A stretch of 64,000 nt of DNA, from NCBI GenBank assembly GCA_022448585.1, contig JAKVCN010000009.1, positions 13,426 to 77,425 on the forward strand. Direction: 5' to 3'. The position numbers and the translations under genes were made by a program. This DNA is from Puniceicoccaceae bacterium. GTDB taxonomy: Bacteria > Verrucomicrobiota > Verrucomicrobiia > Opitutales > Coraliomargaritaceae. Every line of letters starts with the position of its first letter. Positions within the stretch are counted from its first letter, which is position 1. Below the pieces are notes generated by a model. It was not told where the DNA came from, searched no databases, and saw only the letters and a list, made by a program, of their open reading frames with translations. Positions 22,176 through 32,254 of this stretch are shown piece by piece.

Positions 22176-23228
22176 TTAGAAGTTATCCTCCCCATCTAAT
22201 GCTAGCGTGACTGTAATATTTAAGAAGGTTAATTCACCCATAGATTCGCAGCAATGGAAGCGTTGATCATTATGCATTTGCGCCAACTCTCTCCTTAATT
22301 TTAGAACTTTATCTTTGCTCGATATTTGATCGGTGCACATGCAGTTACGTAAATGCCGTATTCTGTATCGTGAAAAGTTCAAGCGACGTTTTATTAGACT
22401 ACGTTCTTCACGCTGATACTGTCGACTAGTCTCTACATTAATAAGTTCAGTACAGAGCCGTACTACAGGAAAGTTATTTTTAAAAAATTGTGGCAAGTAC
22501 AGTGAGCGACGTCCCTCATAGCTTTGTTGGTCAAAATCGATCGCGCGAACTCGGTATTGATTTTGCTCAAAGTCTGGCGTTACTTCTACCACATAATTGT
22601 ATGCCCTCATGTCTCCTAGTAGTCGCACGAAACAGCGTTCATTAAATTTTATAAACTCTTTTGCTAATCGAACGGAATGTAAATCAGTTCGAGGTAAGTA
22701 GTCGCGAATGAAATCGTCACCGGGAACTCCAATAATGTGCTCTTCGATTAAAGTATCACCATAAACAAGGAAGTTTATATGGTTTGGAGAGAGTAGTTCT
22801 TCTAGCTCTAGTCCATAGATACGAGAAGCATCTGCTTTTTTTACATAAAAATAGTCATGGTTGTCATTGTGCTGGTTAACAACTCGTACTCGCATTGGTT
22901 TCGTGTTGCCAAAGGTACAAAAGTCAACGCGATCAATAAATAGATTGCCTATCGCTGTTTCATCTCCACCAGAACGTAGTATTACATATATCTTTTTGAG
23001 GCCTTCATATAATTCTCGACCGCGCTGTTGCTCATAAATTAGAGTTAACCATAGCGAATCCTTACCATCTTTATTTATTAAAGGAAAGGCATCATCATAA
23101 TCGAGTAGGTCTTCATAGCTTACAGGTAGATCAATACCACGTCGGTATTCAGATAGATAGTCCCGAAAAGCTGAATTTATCGGAAAAAATTGTTTACGCT
23201 GCTGCGATACTACACCGTCAATAGTCAT
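22176..23228 (-). CDS. Hypothetical protein with PI3/PI4-kinase-like (atypical kinase) catalytic motifs
   Basis: 350 aa clean ORF. It has LLGDMRAYN (cf. GDRHxxN catalytic loop) followed 19 aa later by IDFD (cf. the DFG/IDFG metal-binding motif), with YFYVKK as a possible ATP-Lys strand. No family could be assigned from memory. Confidence 0.6.
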   Translation of the reverse strand: MTIDGVVSQQRKQFFPINSAFRDYLSEYRRGIDLPVSYEDLLDYDDAFPLINKDGKDSLWLTLIYEQQRGRELYEGLKKIYVILRSGGDETAIGNLFIDRVDFCTFGNTKPMRVRVVNQHNDNHDYFYVKKADASRIYGLELEELLSPNHINFLVYGDTLIEEHIIGVPGDDFIRDYLPRTDLHSVRLAKEFIKFNERCFVRLLGDMRAYNYVVEVTPDFEQNQYRVRAIDFDQQSYEGRRSLYLPQFFKNNFPVVRLCTELINVETSRQYQREERSLIKRRLNFSRYRIRHLRNCMCTDQISSKDKVLKLRRELAQMHNDQRFHCCESMGELTFLNITVTLALDGEDNF

Positions 23229-23326
23229 CTGTTTTAAGCATTTTGAAATATGATGATTAGGACAAGCTTCAAAGATAGTTGCATTTTTTGGTTGTCTGTA
23301 AGAATTATACGATGTCTTTTGATTAA

Positions 23327-23421
23327 GGCCGGGTCCTATGCAATACTGGACAAGCGAACCCCGTCAGGCCCGGAAGGGAGCAGCGGTAGTTTGAACGGCA
23401 TGTGCCGTAGGGTGCCTGGCC
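23327..23421 (+). ncRNA. ffs: Signal recognition particle RNA (small 4.5S type)
   Basis: CCCGUCAGGCCCGGAAGGGAGCAGCGGUAG matches the universal SRP domain IV core (GUCAGGUCCGGAAGGAAGCAGC). The termini GGCCGGGU / GUGCCUGGCC pair to close a long hairpin. It lies immediately upstream of dnaX, a synteny known from Bacillus. Confidence 0.85.
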
Positions 23422-23521
23422 ACTTTAGTATAGCTTAATTATATTTTCCTACTGCTGGTCTCTATACTATGAAAAGTCACTTGCCAGTAATGATATTTAG
23501 TAGCTTTATAAAATAATTAGT

Positions 23522-24676
23522 ATGGATAATGGATATCAAGTTATTGCTCGTCGCTGGAGACCTAAGCAATTTGACCAATTAGTCGGTCAGGATCATATTA
23601 TTCGTACTCTAAGTAATGCTATAGAATCTAATCGTATAGCTCATGCTTATTTATTTGTTGGACCTAGAGGCACAGGGAAAACTACTTCTGCGCGCCTCTT
23701 TGCCAAATGTTTGAACGCTGCTGGAGGTCCAACTATTATGCCAGATAATGACTCCGATATAAGCCAAGCAATAATGAACGGCGCATGTATGGATGTTATA
23801 GAAATTGATGGAGCTTCCAATAACAGTGTTGATCAGGTTCGCGACTTAAGAGACGACTGTCAGTATGCTCCAACTCAGTGTACTTTTAAAATCTATATCA
23901 TTGATGAAGTGCATATGCTTTCAACTGCAGCATTCAATGCCTTACTTAAAACCTTAGAAGAGCCGCCAAGCCATGTTAAGTTCATTTTTGCGACAACTGA
24001 ATCTCATAAAGTTCTACCAACAATTGCTTCTCGCTGTCAGCGCTTTGAGTTTCGACCAATTGCTAACAATGTAATTGTTGATAAATTAAAAATGATTTCT
24101 GAATCAGAGGGCATTAAAGTAGAGTCCAATGCACTAGATTCAATTGCTCGCTTAGCAAATGGTGGAATGCGAGACTCTCAATCAATATTAGATCAGATGA
24201 TTTCATTTTGTGGAGATACAATCAAGGAGCAGGATGTACTAGATGTATATGGACTAATATCCGCAGAACGAATTAATCAACTAGCTTCATTTTTGGGAGC
24301 AATGGATTATAAATCAATAATAGCATCGGTGGACCAATATGCTAGTGAAGGACGCGACCTCTATAGAATACTCCAGGATTTAATTACTTATCTAAGAGTT
24401 GTATTACTCGATTCAATTGATAAGAATGGTCAGACTGAAATATTGGGAACTGTTCATACAAATGAGTCGATTATGCGTATGCTCGATGCCTTACAACGCG
24501 GTGAGCAAAGTGTTCAAAAAGGACTGTCTGAAACAGTAAATTTTGAGGTCGTTTTACTCAAAGCATCCGAAGAGTCTCGTGCTCGAGCTATAGATACTGT
24601 AATCAAGCAATTAGTCGGTACTGGATTGACTCAAGGCGGCAGCATTGCAGATAGTAATGTTCAAAAAAAAAAGTAG
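23522..24676 (+). CDS. dnaX: DNA polymerase III subunit gamma/tau, zero-frame product (384 aa, gamma-like)
   Basis: Walker [19 protein letters not shown] and SRCQRF (sensor). The ORF ends ...VQKKK-UAG directly after an A10 run. Confidence 0.95.
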   Translation: MDNGYQVIARRWRPKQFDQLVGQDHIIRTLSNAIESNRIAHAYLFVGPRGTGKTTSARLFAKCLNAAGGPTIMPDNDSDISQAIMNGACMDVIEIDGASNNSVDQVRDLRDDCQYAPTQCTFKIYIIDEVHMLSTAAFNALLKTLEEPPSHVKFIFATTESHKVLPTIASRCQRFEFRPIANNVIVDKLKMISESEGIKVESNALDSIARLANGGMRDSQSILDQMISFCGDTIKEQDVLDVYGLISAERINQLASFLGAMDYKSIIASVDQYASEGRDLYRILQDLITYLRVVLLDSIDKNGQTEILGTVHTNESIMRMLDALQRGEQSVQKGLSETVNFEVVLLKASEESRARAIDTVIKQLVGTGLTQGGSIADSNVQKKK

Positions 24677-25062
24677 CGACTAGTACAATTGATGTAGTCC
24701 CTCTAGTTATTCCTGATCCTGCGAGTAATGACTGGCGTTTTACTAGTATCAATAGAGAGCGCAAAATTGACCCAGCAGTCGACCAGACAATGATCAATTC
24801 TACTGACGAAGTTAAAGTAAGTATCGAAGGTAATGAATCAATCATTGAAGCTAGTTCATCGGCAGTGGAACAAAGTGATGAATTAAGCGAAATGGTCGAT
24901 CAAGATTTTGGCTCATTAACTTTGGAGGAATCTTCTGATCTAATTACAATCGAGCAGGCTAATGAACGGTTGAGCGATGCAATACTAGATTCATTACTTA
25001 AAAATTTTAATGGTAAAGTATCCAAAGTAAGAAATATTGATAGTAAAGATAGAATATTTTAA
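24658..25062 (+). CDS. dnaX: dnaX -1 frame extension (129 codons beyond the A-run), putative tau-specific C-terminus
   Basis: The -1 frame reads [24 protein letters not shown] ... [22 protein letters not shown] and stops at 25060-25062. The acidic linker plus ...F-x-G-x-V-x-x-V ending resembles the C-termini of full-length DnaX proteins. The listed ORF 24790..25062 is the ATG-delimited part of this frame. Confidence 0.6.
   Translation, partial: CSKKKVATSTIDVVPLVIPDPASNDWRFTSINRERKIDPAVDQTMINSTDEVKVSIEGNESIIEASSSAVEQSDELSEMVDQDFGSLTLEESSDLITIEQANERLSDAILDSLLKNFNGKVSKVRNIDSKDRIF
24663..24673 (+). other. Recoding signal candidate: A10 run containing the slippery heptamer A_AAA_AAG (24667-24673) in the dnaX zero frame
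   Basis: Zero-frame codons are CAA AAA AAA AAG UAG. The heptamer is identical to the E. coli dnaX -1 frameshift site. The -1 frame has a TAA at 24655-24657 and is open from 24658. Confidence 0.6.
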
Positions 25063-25107
25063 TTTGTGTATGCTGTTTTTATTTTTAATATTTTAGTTAT
25101 TATAAAA

Positions 25108-25731
25108 ATGATACATAAATATATTGGTGCAGCTTTACTTTTTTTCGTTTTATTTTGTACTCTATTATTAGCAAATATTCATACAAAGGATATTTCTACA
25201 TCTTATATGTCATCAAAGAATTTAGAAATTGCAGAATGTGCTTCTGCTTGCGCACTTCCTTCTCATGTTGATCTTTCAGGAGATTCTTTTCCTGTAAAAC
25301 GTACAGAAAAGCAATGGCGGGAACGCTTATCGCCACTTGCATACAGCGTTACTCGTGAGCAAGGAACGGAGCGTCCATTTTCAAATGCCTACCATGATAA
25401 TAAGGCTATCGGTATTTATAACTGTGTCGGTTGTAACACACCTCTATTTTTAAGTGCAGATAAGTTTGATTCAGGTACTGGTTGGCCAAGCTTTTCAAGA
25501 CCAATAGATCCACGTACTCTAGGAGAGAAGCGCGATATTAGCTATGGTATGCAGCGTATAGAAGTTCATTGTAAGGTGTGTGGTGCCCATCAAGGACATG
25601 TTTTCCAAGATGGTCCTTCCGATCGGGGTGGTCTTCGGTATTGCATCAATTCTGCATCACTTCTTTTTGAGCCTTTGAATGACTTAGATGAGGTTCGAGC
25701 AAAGGTAATTGCTTGGTATGCAGCAAAGTAA
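25108..25731 (+). CDS. msrB: Peptide-methionine (R)-S-oxide reductase MsrB with N-terminal signal/anchor
   Basis: SelR domain with zinc CXXC pairs ([21 protein letters not shown]), GWPSF and catalytic RYCINS. The ATG at 25108 gives the hydrophobic N-terminus [17 protein letters not shown]. Confidence 0.88.
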   Translation: MIHKYIGAALLFFVLFCTLLLANIHTKDISTSYMSSKNLEIAECASACALPSHVDLSGDSFPVKRTEKQWRERLSPLAYSVTREQGTERPFSNAYHDNKAIGIYNCVGCNTPLFLSADKFDSGTGWPSFSRPIDPRTLGEKRDISYGMQRIEVHCKVCGAHQGHVFQDGPSDRGGLRYCINSASLLFEPLNDLDEVRAKVIAWYAAK

Positions 25732-25790
25732 GAATTGATTGTAGCTTCTACAGCTGGCTTTTTTCTCAATATTTCTATTATTCTAAGATT

Positions 25791-27170
25791 ATGTCTGAGC
25801 AATTTTCTTCATCTCGCCGCCATTTTATTAAAGGAGCTGGACTCATAGGCGGCGCATCTTTATTGTCTAGCTCCCGTGCATTCTCTAACGGAAACACTGG
25901 ACTTAAGACTGCTAAAAACCTTATTTTTTTGGTTGCTGATGGAATGGGAGTTGGATCGTTAGCATTAGCTAATCACTGGAAACTTCGCCACCATGCTGAA
26001 CCACTAGAATGGGTGCAATTATTAGAAAATAATAATGTACAAAGAAGTCTACAAGACACAGCTTCGGCTAGTTCACCAGTGACTGATTCCGCTGCAGCTG
26101 GAAGTGCATGGGGTAGTGGCGAGCGTGTTAATAACGGTTCTATTAATTATTCTGTTAAAGGAGACGCTCTGGTACCACTGATGCAATATGCCAAGCAGGC
26201 TGGGAAATCTACAGGCTTAGTGAGCACCTGCCGAATTACCCATGCGACACCAGCATCATTTGCTGCAAATGTAATAGATCGTGACTTAGAGGCGACGATT
26301 GCGGATCAATATTTAGAGCGTGAAGTAGACTTGTTATTGGGGGGTGGACTCGAGTATTTTATTACTAAAGGGCGAAACTTATGCTCGGAATTTAAACGTC
26401 GTGGTTACTCTTTCGTGACCGATAAAGCAGGGTTGTCTAATCTTAGTGATAGCCAACGAATATTAGGATTGTTTGCTAATAGCCATCTACCTTACGCGAT
26501 TGATCGTAAAAATGATCCAACTTTTGCACAGATACCTAGCCTAGCAAATATGTTTAAGGCAGCTCTCCATCCTCTAAGTGAAAACGATAACGGGTTCATA
26601 CTACAAGTAGAGGCTGGTCGAATTGACCATGCGGGGCATGCCAATGATCCGGCGGCTATTTTGCAGGAGCTTCTAGAATTTGATAATTGTATACCAATTG
26701 CTTTAGAGTTTCTTAAATCCAACCCAGACACGCTTGTGGTTGTGACTACCGATCACGGCACAGGCGGTTGTCAATTAAATGGAGTTGGAGAGAGCTATAA
26801 TGGTAGTGGCTCTGCGCTGGATCGAATTAACAATTTTCGTGGTAGTTTTGAATCGATAGAGCGCATCTATCAGAAGACCGGCAAATTTAGTCGTGCGCAC
26901 TTTAATTCAATTTGCGATCTAGATATCACAAACGATCAGCAGTCAGTAATTGTAGAAAAAATGCTGGCTGGCTCTGATTATATGACAAGTGTCATTGCTG
27001 ATGCTATCGCTTCTGAGCTCTATGAGGAGACAGGGGTAGGGTGGACATCTCATGCCCATACATCAGAGCATGTAGAGCTAGCAGCTGTTGGTGTTGGTGC
27101 AGAGCACTTTCCTAAGCTAATGAAAAATTACGAGCTAAATGGAATTGTAAGAAATACACTTAGGATTTAA
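25791..27170 (+). CDS. Alkaline phosphatase (PhoA family), Tat-exported
   Basis: The internal ATG gives MSEQFSSSRRHFIKGAGLIGGASLL (twin-arginine signal). Motifs: nucleophile VTDSAAAGSAW, metal ligands DHAGH and TTDHGTGG. Confidence 0.88.
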   Translation: MSEQFSSSRRHFIKGAGLIGGASLLSSSRAFSNGNTGLKTAKNLIFLVADGMGVGSLALANHWKLRHHAEPLEWVQLLENNNVQRSLQDTASASSPVTDSAAAGSAWGSGERVNNGSINYSVKGDALVPLMQYAKQAGKSTGLVSTCRITHATPASFAANVIDRDLEATIADQYLEREVDLLLGGGLEYFITKGRNLCSEFKRRGYSFVTDKAGLSNLSDSQRILGLFANSHLPYAIDRKNDPTFAQIPSLANMFKAALHPLSENDNGFILQVEAGRIDHAGHANDPAAILQELLEFDNCIPIALEFLKSNPDTLVVVTTDHGTGGCQLNGVGESYNGSGSALDRINNFRGSFESIERIYQKTGKFSRAHFNSICDLDITNDQQSVIVEKMLAGSDYMTSVIADAIASELYEETGVGWTSHAHTSEHVELAAVGVGAEHFPKLMKNYELNGIVRNTLRI

Positions 27171-27180
27171 TCTTTTTCTT

Positions 27181-28962
27181 TTAATAGACGTCTCTTAAGT
27201 ACCTACCATCCGATTTCATGGATTTCACATACTCTTCAGCCTTTTTGCTATCCATTTTACCCTCATTTTTTATTATACTATGTAATGCTGCGTCCACATC
27301 GTGCGCCATACGACTAGCATCACCGCAAACGTAAAAAACTGCACCTGCATCTATCCATTGGTAGAGTTCAGTAGCATTTTCTAACATTTTATTTTGAACA
27401 TAAACTTTTTCTGCTTGGTCACGAGAAAATGCTACATCAAGTTTAGATAATACGCCATCCTCTAGGTATTCTTGTATTTCACTTTGGTATAGAAAATCAG
27501 TTAAGTAGTGTTGATCTCCAAAGAATAACCAGCTTTTTCCAGCTTGATCTTGCTCGGCACGTTCTTCGATGAATGCTCGAAATGGTGCTATACCAGTACC
27601 TGGACCTACCATGATGATAGGTGTTTGCGGATTATCAGGTAATCTAAACTTTTTATTAGGTGATATATAAACATCGACCGGATCTCCCGAGTCTACCATG
27701 TCTGCCAAGAAAGAAGAGCATACACCTTTTCGTTCGCGTCCTGCAGTGTTATAGCGCACGACTCCGACTGTTAAGTGAACCTCTCCTTGGTGAGCTTTTG
27801 GGCTAGAAGCGATTGAATATAACCGCGGTGGTAACTTGCGCATTATACTAACCAATTGTTGCGCATCGATACTATCAGCTGGAAAATCAATCAGTACATC
27901 AATGATTTGCCTACCCCAAATATAGTCACTTAACTTAGACTTATCATTTATAATTTCATCGAGCTCTTTATTTTGTGCAAACTCATTATAGCGAGTTAGT
28001 ACGGGCTTAGAAATAGACGTTATATCAAGATGGCGCGTTAATGCATCGCGCAGTGAAAACTCTCCGCTTTTAAGGGAGACCAATTCTCCTGGATTAAGTG
28101 TTGTGATCTCAATGATTGAATGAACTACATCTCCTGCATTGTGCGGCAGTACAGCAAGCGCGTCACCTACAGTGTAATCCATGCCTGATCCAGCCAGGTC
28201 TAATTCTAAATGGACTGTTTCTTTGGCGGATCCTTTGCCGTTGAGTAATACTCGCTCAATAAGTTTTGCAGGGAACGGATTTTTTCTTGAATACGGTTCC
28301 TTTGGTATGGAGGAGGTTGCTGGGGATGTTTTCTGAGCAGTAGATAAACTATCAGACCCGGTGATCTTTACTAGCGCTTTAAGACTACTATCAATCCATT
28401 CTGCGTAGTCATCATCATAATCAACATCACAATCTTTGCGATTACTGATTCTGTTAGCACCTAATACTTCTAGTCGAGTATCAAAATCTTTACCCATTTT
28501 ACAAAAATGCTCATAACTGGTATCACCTAATCCAAGCACCGAATAATTTAACCCTTTCAAGCTTGGAAGTGCTTTTGAAGTAAACTCTTCATAAAAATCG
28601 ATTGCATTTTCAGGTGGATCTCCTTCACCCCAAGTGCTAATAATAACGAACAAGTTACGCATAGTAGATAACTTTTCGGGCTTTATATCAGCCATACTGA
28701 CAGACTGAGCCTTGAACCCTAATTTTTTCGCAGCTTTGACTGACAGGTCGGCAAGTGCTTCAGCATTGCCAGATTCTGATCCAAAGAGAACTACTAATTC
28801 TGATTTAGCTAGACCTTTAGTTACATTGCTACGAAAATTGTTTAAGTAACCTACAATCCAATCGATTTGATTACCTTCTAGTGTAGGTAATAGCTTATTA
28901 AATACCTTAGATTGCTCTTCTGAAAGTGGCGAAGAAGACTGCAATGGATTTGAGTTAGACAT
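27181..28962 (-). CDS. cysJ: Sulfite reductase [NADPH] flavoprotein alpha-component
   Basis: Flavodoxin-like FMN domain (VLFGSESGNAE, ISTWGEGDPP) plus FAD/NADPH domain (RLYSIASS, GPGTGIAPFRAF, C-terminal YLRDVY). The start was taken at MSNSNPLQ. Confidence 0.9.
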   Translation of the reverse strand: MSNSNPLQSSSPLSEEQSKVFNKLLPTLEGNQIDWIVGYLNNFRSNVTKGLAKSELVVLFGSESGNAEALADLSVKAAKKLGFKAQSVSMADIKPEKLSTMRNLFVIISTWGEGDPPENAIDFYEEFTSKALPSLKGLNYSVLGLGDTSYEHFCKMGKDFDTRLEVLGANRISNRKDCDVDYDDDYAEWIDSSLKALVKITGSDSLSTAQKTSPATSSIPKEPYSRKNPFPAKLIERVLLNGKGSAKETVHLELDLAGSGMDYTVGDALAVLPHNAGDVVHSIIEITTLNPGELVSLKSGEFSLRDALTRHLDITSISKPVLTRYNEFAQNKELDEIINDKSKLSDYIWGRQIIDVLIDFPADSIDAQQLVSIMRKLPPRLYSIASSPKAHQGEVHLTVGVVRYNTAGRERKGVCSSFLADMVDSGDPVDVYISPNKKFRLPDNPQTPIIMVGPGTGIAPFRAFIEERAEQDQAGKSWLFFGDQHYLTDFLYQSEIQEYLEDGVLSKLDVAFSRDQAEKVYVQNKMLENATELYQWIDAGAVFYVCGDASRMAHDVDAALHSIIKNEGKMDSKKAEEYVKSMKSDGRYLRDVY

Positions 28963-29164
28963 GATTGTTTTAATAGTTATATAAGAATTTCCATTAAGCA
29001 ATAAAACGTAGCTAAAGCTTGTAATAAGTGTAAAAAGACTTATCTTTAGTTTTTGAGTGTTAAACCTATGAACTAGTCATAATTGTTGGTAATTGTTGCA
29101 TGGTTTTAAGAATAGGTATACATATTAACGGTAGTTACTATATTTTCAACTCATCCTTACTTTT

Positions 29165-30919
29165 ATGATATCCGACAGTCAATCAGCACCAAAACTTCAC
29201 AAAAATGAGGGTATCAAAGCCTCTAGTAAGTATTTACGGGGTACTATATTGGAAAGTATTGCGGATGTCTCAACAGGATCTATTGCGACTGACGATCAAC
29301 AACTGACTAAATTCCACGGCCTGTATCAACAAGATAACCGTGATGTACGTAATGAGCGTCGGAAGCAAAAGTTAGATAAGGCTTATAGTTTTCTTTGCCG
29401 CATCGGTGTACCAGGTGGGGTGAGTACCCCAGAGCAGTGGCTAGTTATGGATGAATTGGCTACCTACTGTTCTTTTGATACAATTAAACTGACGACACGG
29501 CAAGCTTATCAATTACATGGTATTTTAAAGAGTAATTTGAAAAATGTTATTCAGCGCTCCACCCAAGCTGCGATGTCTTCTCTGGCAGGTTGCGGCGATG
29601 TAAATCGTAATACAATGGCGTCTCCCAATCCGGCACAGACTGAGGTTCACGCGCAGGTACAAAATATTGCCGATAAAATAGATGCGTATTTGAAACCGCA
29701 GACGTCAGCGTTTTCTGAGATGTGGCTTGATGGTAAAAAGATAGCCTCGATGAATCCAAGATCGCTAGACATGGGTGGAGATGAAACCGAACCGCTCTAC
29801 GGAAGTACGTATTTGCCGAGAAAATTTAAAATCGCAATTGCGATACCTCCTCAGAATGATGTTGATGTCTATGCTCATTGTTTGGGTTTTATTGCTATTA
29901 TTGAAAATGACGTATTGGTTGGTTTCAATGTAACTGTTGGTGGAGGTATGGGTATGACGCATGGCAATGAAAAAACATTTCCAAGATTAGCAGACACTAT
30001 GGCTTTTGCATTGCCAGATCAAGTTGTCGATGTTGCTGAAAAGATTGTATCAATTCAGCGCGATTGGGGCGATCGTGTTGATCGTGCGCATGCAAGATTT
30101 AAATATACAGTCGAAGATCATGGCGTAGACAAGATTCGTACTGAATTAGAAAATCGACTCGGTTACAATCTAGGGGAAGCCAAGCCCGTAAATTTTGAAG
30201 GTAATGGCGATCGCTATGGCTGGGTTAAGGGCAGTAATGGTAATTGGAATTTGGGTTTATTCATAGAGGGTGGACGAATCATTGATACTGAAAAAGCTAA
30301 ACTCAAGACTGGCATGCGGCACATTGCTCAGAGTGGTTTTTGCGAGTTTCGTCTCACTCCAAACCAAAATATTATACTGGCGAATATCGCACCGGAAAAT
30401 AGGGACTCGATAGATGCTTTAGTAAATGAATATGGATTGGATTCCTACATGAACGCCTCTGGTATGCGAAGAAGCCAGATTTCTTGTGTTTCCTTACCTA
30501 CTTGCGGCTTGGCGCTTGCTGAATCCGAGCGATATCTACCAAGTTTGGTGAGCGACTTAGAGTGCACACTTGAGGAAGCAGGACTCAGTAATGATGATAT
30601 AATTATACGCTCTACTGGTTGCCCTAATGGCTGTGGGCGTCCTTACCTTGGTGAAATCGGGTTAGTTGGAAAAGTGCCTGGAAAATATAATTTATATCTT
30701 GGTGCTGGTTTTGACGGCACACGTTTAAATAAGCTATATCGTGCTTCGCAAACACATGAAGAGATTATTAATATACTTAAACCGATGCTAGTTAATTATG
30801 CTAAAGACCGAAAATATGGTGAGCGCTTTGGAGACTTTACGATACGCAAAGGCTATGTAGCGGCAACCCTTGATGGAAAGCGTTTCCACAAGGATATAGG
30901 GGAAGTAAGTCCTAATTAA
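29165..30919 (+). CDS. cysI: Sulfite reductase hemoprotein beta-component (siroheme/4Fe-4S)
   Basis: Full-length NiR/SiR repeat architecture with Cys cluster motifs SCVSLPTCGLA and TGCPNGCGRP. Divergent from cysJ. Confidence 0.92.
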   Translation: MISDSQSAPKLHKNEGIKASSKYLRGTILESIADVSTGSIATDDQQLTKFHGLYQQDNRDVRNERRKQKLDKAYSFLCRIGVPGGVSTPEQWLVMDELATYCSFDTIKLTTRQAYQLHGILKSNLKNVIQRSTQAAMSSLAGCGDVNRNTMASPNPAQTEVHAQVQNIADKIDAYLKPQTSAFSEMWLDGKKIASMNPRSLDMGGDETEPLYGSTYLPRKFKIAIAIPPQNDVDVYAHCLGFIAIIENDVLVGFNVTVGGGMGMTHGNEKTFPRLADTMAFALPDQVVDVAEKIVSIQRDWGDRVDRAHARFKYTVEDHGVDKIRTELENRLGYNLGEAKPVNFEGNGDRYGWVKGSNGNWNLGLFIEGGRIIDTEKAKLKTGMRHIAQSGFCEFRLTPNQNIILANIAPENRDSIDALVNEYGLDSYMNASGMRRSQISCVSLPTCGLALAESERYLPSLVSDLECTLEEAGLSNDDIIIRSTGCPNGCGRPYLGEIGLVGKVPGKYNLYLGAGFDGTRLNKLYRASQTHEEIINILKPMLVNYAKDRKYGERFGDFTIRKGYVAATLDGKRFHKDIGEVSPN

Positions 30920-31573
30920 TCACACGTTAATTATGTTTGCTAACCAGTATTTGACTCGTTCTAAAGCTGGCAGGCCTTGAGTAAATATAGTGAAAATAAT
31001 TAGTGCGTATATTATTATTGCGCATATACCTACACTATACGCAATTAAACCGAGTAAGCCGTCTCTTTCAGATAATCCAATACCAACTAGGAATATTACG
31101 ATAGCTGGAAATGTATTGGTAAGGGGTATGGGTAGGACCATAAGTAATGACATCAAAATAACAATTAGCGCCGCTAAATAGTACCCTATGCCAAAATATA
31201 CTGCATGTAAACGAGGGCGAATAAATCTCTCTATTGCTCTTAAGAATCTAGTTCCAGTGTGGATCATCTTCGATGCTAAAGATGACTTAATTTTATATAT
31301 TCTTATTTTTTTCGGCAGCCAAACGGTATGACGCCCTCCAAGCATTTGAATTCCTATTATTGCAATGGCTATTCCAAATGGCGTACTGTAGCCAGGTGCA
31401 GGGATAGGTAAAGCGCTTGGTAACGATAGGATTATGAGTACTAGGCCAAATCCCTTATCATTAATTGCATAGCTTAAGTCGCCTATACTTAGTTCACTTG
31501 AGTTTCTATTTTGAAGTACTTGCTGAAGTGCTTCAGTTAAAGTATGACATGAATTACTTTGTATATTATCCAT
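30920..31573 (-). CDS. ExoD-family membrane protein
   Basis: 217 aa with the pattern GFGLVLIILSLPSALPIPAPGYSTPFGIAIAIIGIQMLGGRHTVWLP typical of exopolysaccharide synthesis ExoD proteins, then 2-3 more TM helices. Confidence 0.7.
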   Translation of the reverse strand: MDNIQSNSCHTLTEALQQVLQNRNSSELSIGDLSYAINDKGFGLVLIILSLPSALPIPAPGYSTPFGIAIAIIGIQMLGGRHTVWLPKKIRIYKIKSSLASKMIHTGTRFLRAIERFIRPRLHAVYFGIGYYLAALIVILMSLLMVLPIPLTNTFPAIVIFLVGIGLSERDGLLGLIAYSVGICAIIIYALIIFTIFTQGLPALERVKYWLANIINV

Positions 31574-31650
31574 ATTAATTAGAATAGTACTTTATTGTAG
31601 ATGCCTTAATGTATAATAATGTAAATATTTAAACTCTTTCAAAAGTATCT

Positions 31651-32244
31651 ATGGATCCTCTAAAGGGTAAACGAATCGCAATATATGGCGGATCTTTTGA
31701 TCCTGTGCATAATGCCCATATAAAAATAGCAGAAACTGTATTAGGACAGGGGCGTATTGACTGTTTGATTTTTTTGCCATCTGCTCGTTCACCACTAAAA
31801 CAATGTGGTCCAGTAGCCAGCGATGCGGATCGCTTAAAAATGCTTGAACTAGCCACTGGTGAGCAACCACGCTTTAGTGTTGATTCAAGTGCAATTGAAA
31901 CTGGCGGTGTTAGTTACACTATAGATTGGGTGCTCAACTTTAAGGCAAGACACCCAAGTGACTCTTTATTTTGGATTTTGGGTGCAGATCAATTTGAGCA
32001 ATTAGATCGATGGCGAGAGATTGATAACTTAGCTAAGCTTGTAAGTTTCATAGTTATAGCTCGTCCGAGCTATTCGCTAGAAAAAAAACCAAACGCAATT
32101 ATAGACTTTATGCATATTGAAATGCCTTTATTAAATGAAAGCTCGAGTTCCATTCGTGAAGACTGCAGAAATTCGCAGAGTATTATGGGACGAGTGCCGC
32201 CCACAGTTCAGGCTTTTATTTCCAAAGAGTCCTTGTATAAGTAA
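31651..32244 (+). CDS. nadD: Nicotinate-nucleotide adenylyltransferase
   Basis: GGSFDPVHNAH (the (H/T)xGH nucleotidyltransferase motif) and ISSSSIR-like SSSSIRE near the C-terminus. Followed by rsfS as in many bacteria. Confidence 0.92.
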   Translation: MDPLKGKRIAIYGGSFDPVHNAHIKIAETVLGQGRIDCLIFLPSARSPLKQCGPVASDADRLKMLELATGEQPRFSVDSSAIETGGVSYTIDWVLNFKARHPSDSLFWILGADQFEQLDRWREIDNLAKLVSFIVIARPSYSLEKKPNAIIDFMHIEMPLLNESSSSIREDCRNSQSIMGRVPPTVQAFISKESLYK

Positions 32245-32254
32245 TTAATACACT

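Noticed and set aside
23250-23438. 62-aa ORF upstream of dnaX
   Set aside because: The interval encodes the SRP RNA (23327-23421), and the ORF is a by-product of that GC-rich RNA gene.
24790-25062. Independent 90-aa gene downstream of dnaX
   Set aside because: Its frame is open all the way back to the A-run of dnaX, there is no SD or promoter, and its product looks like a DnaX C-terminus. It is interpreted as the -1 frame continuation of dnaX.
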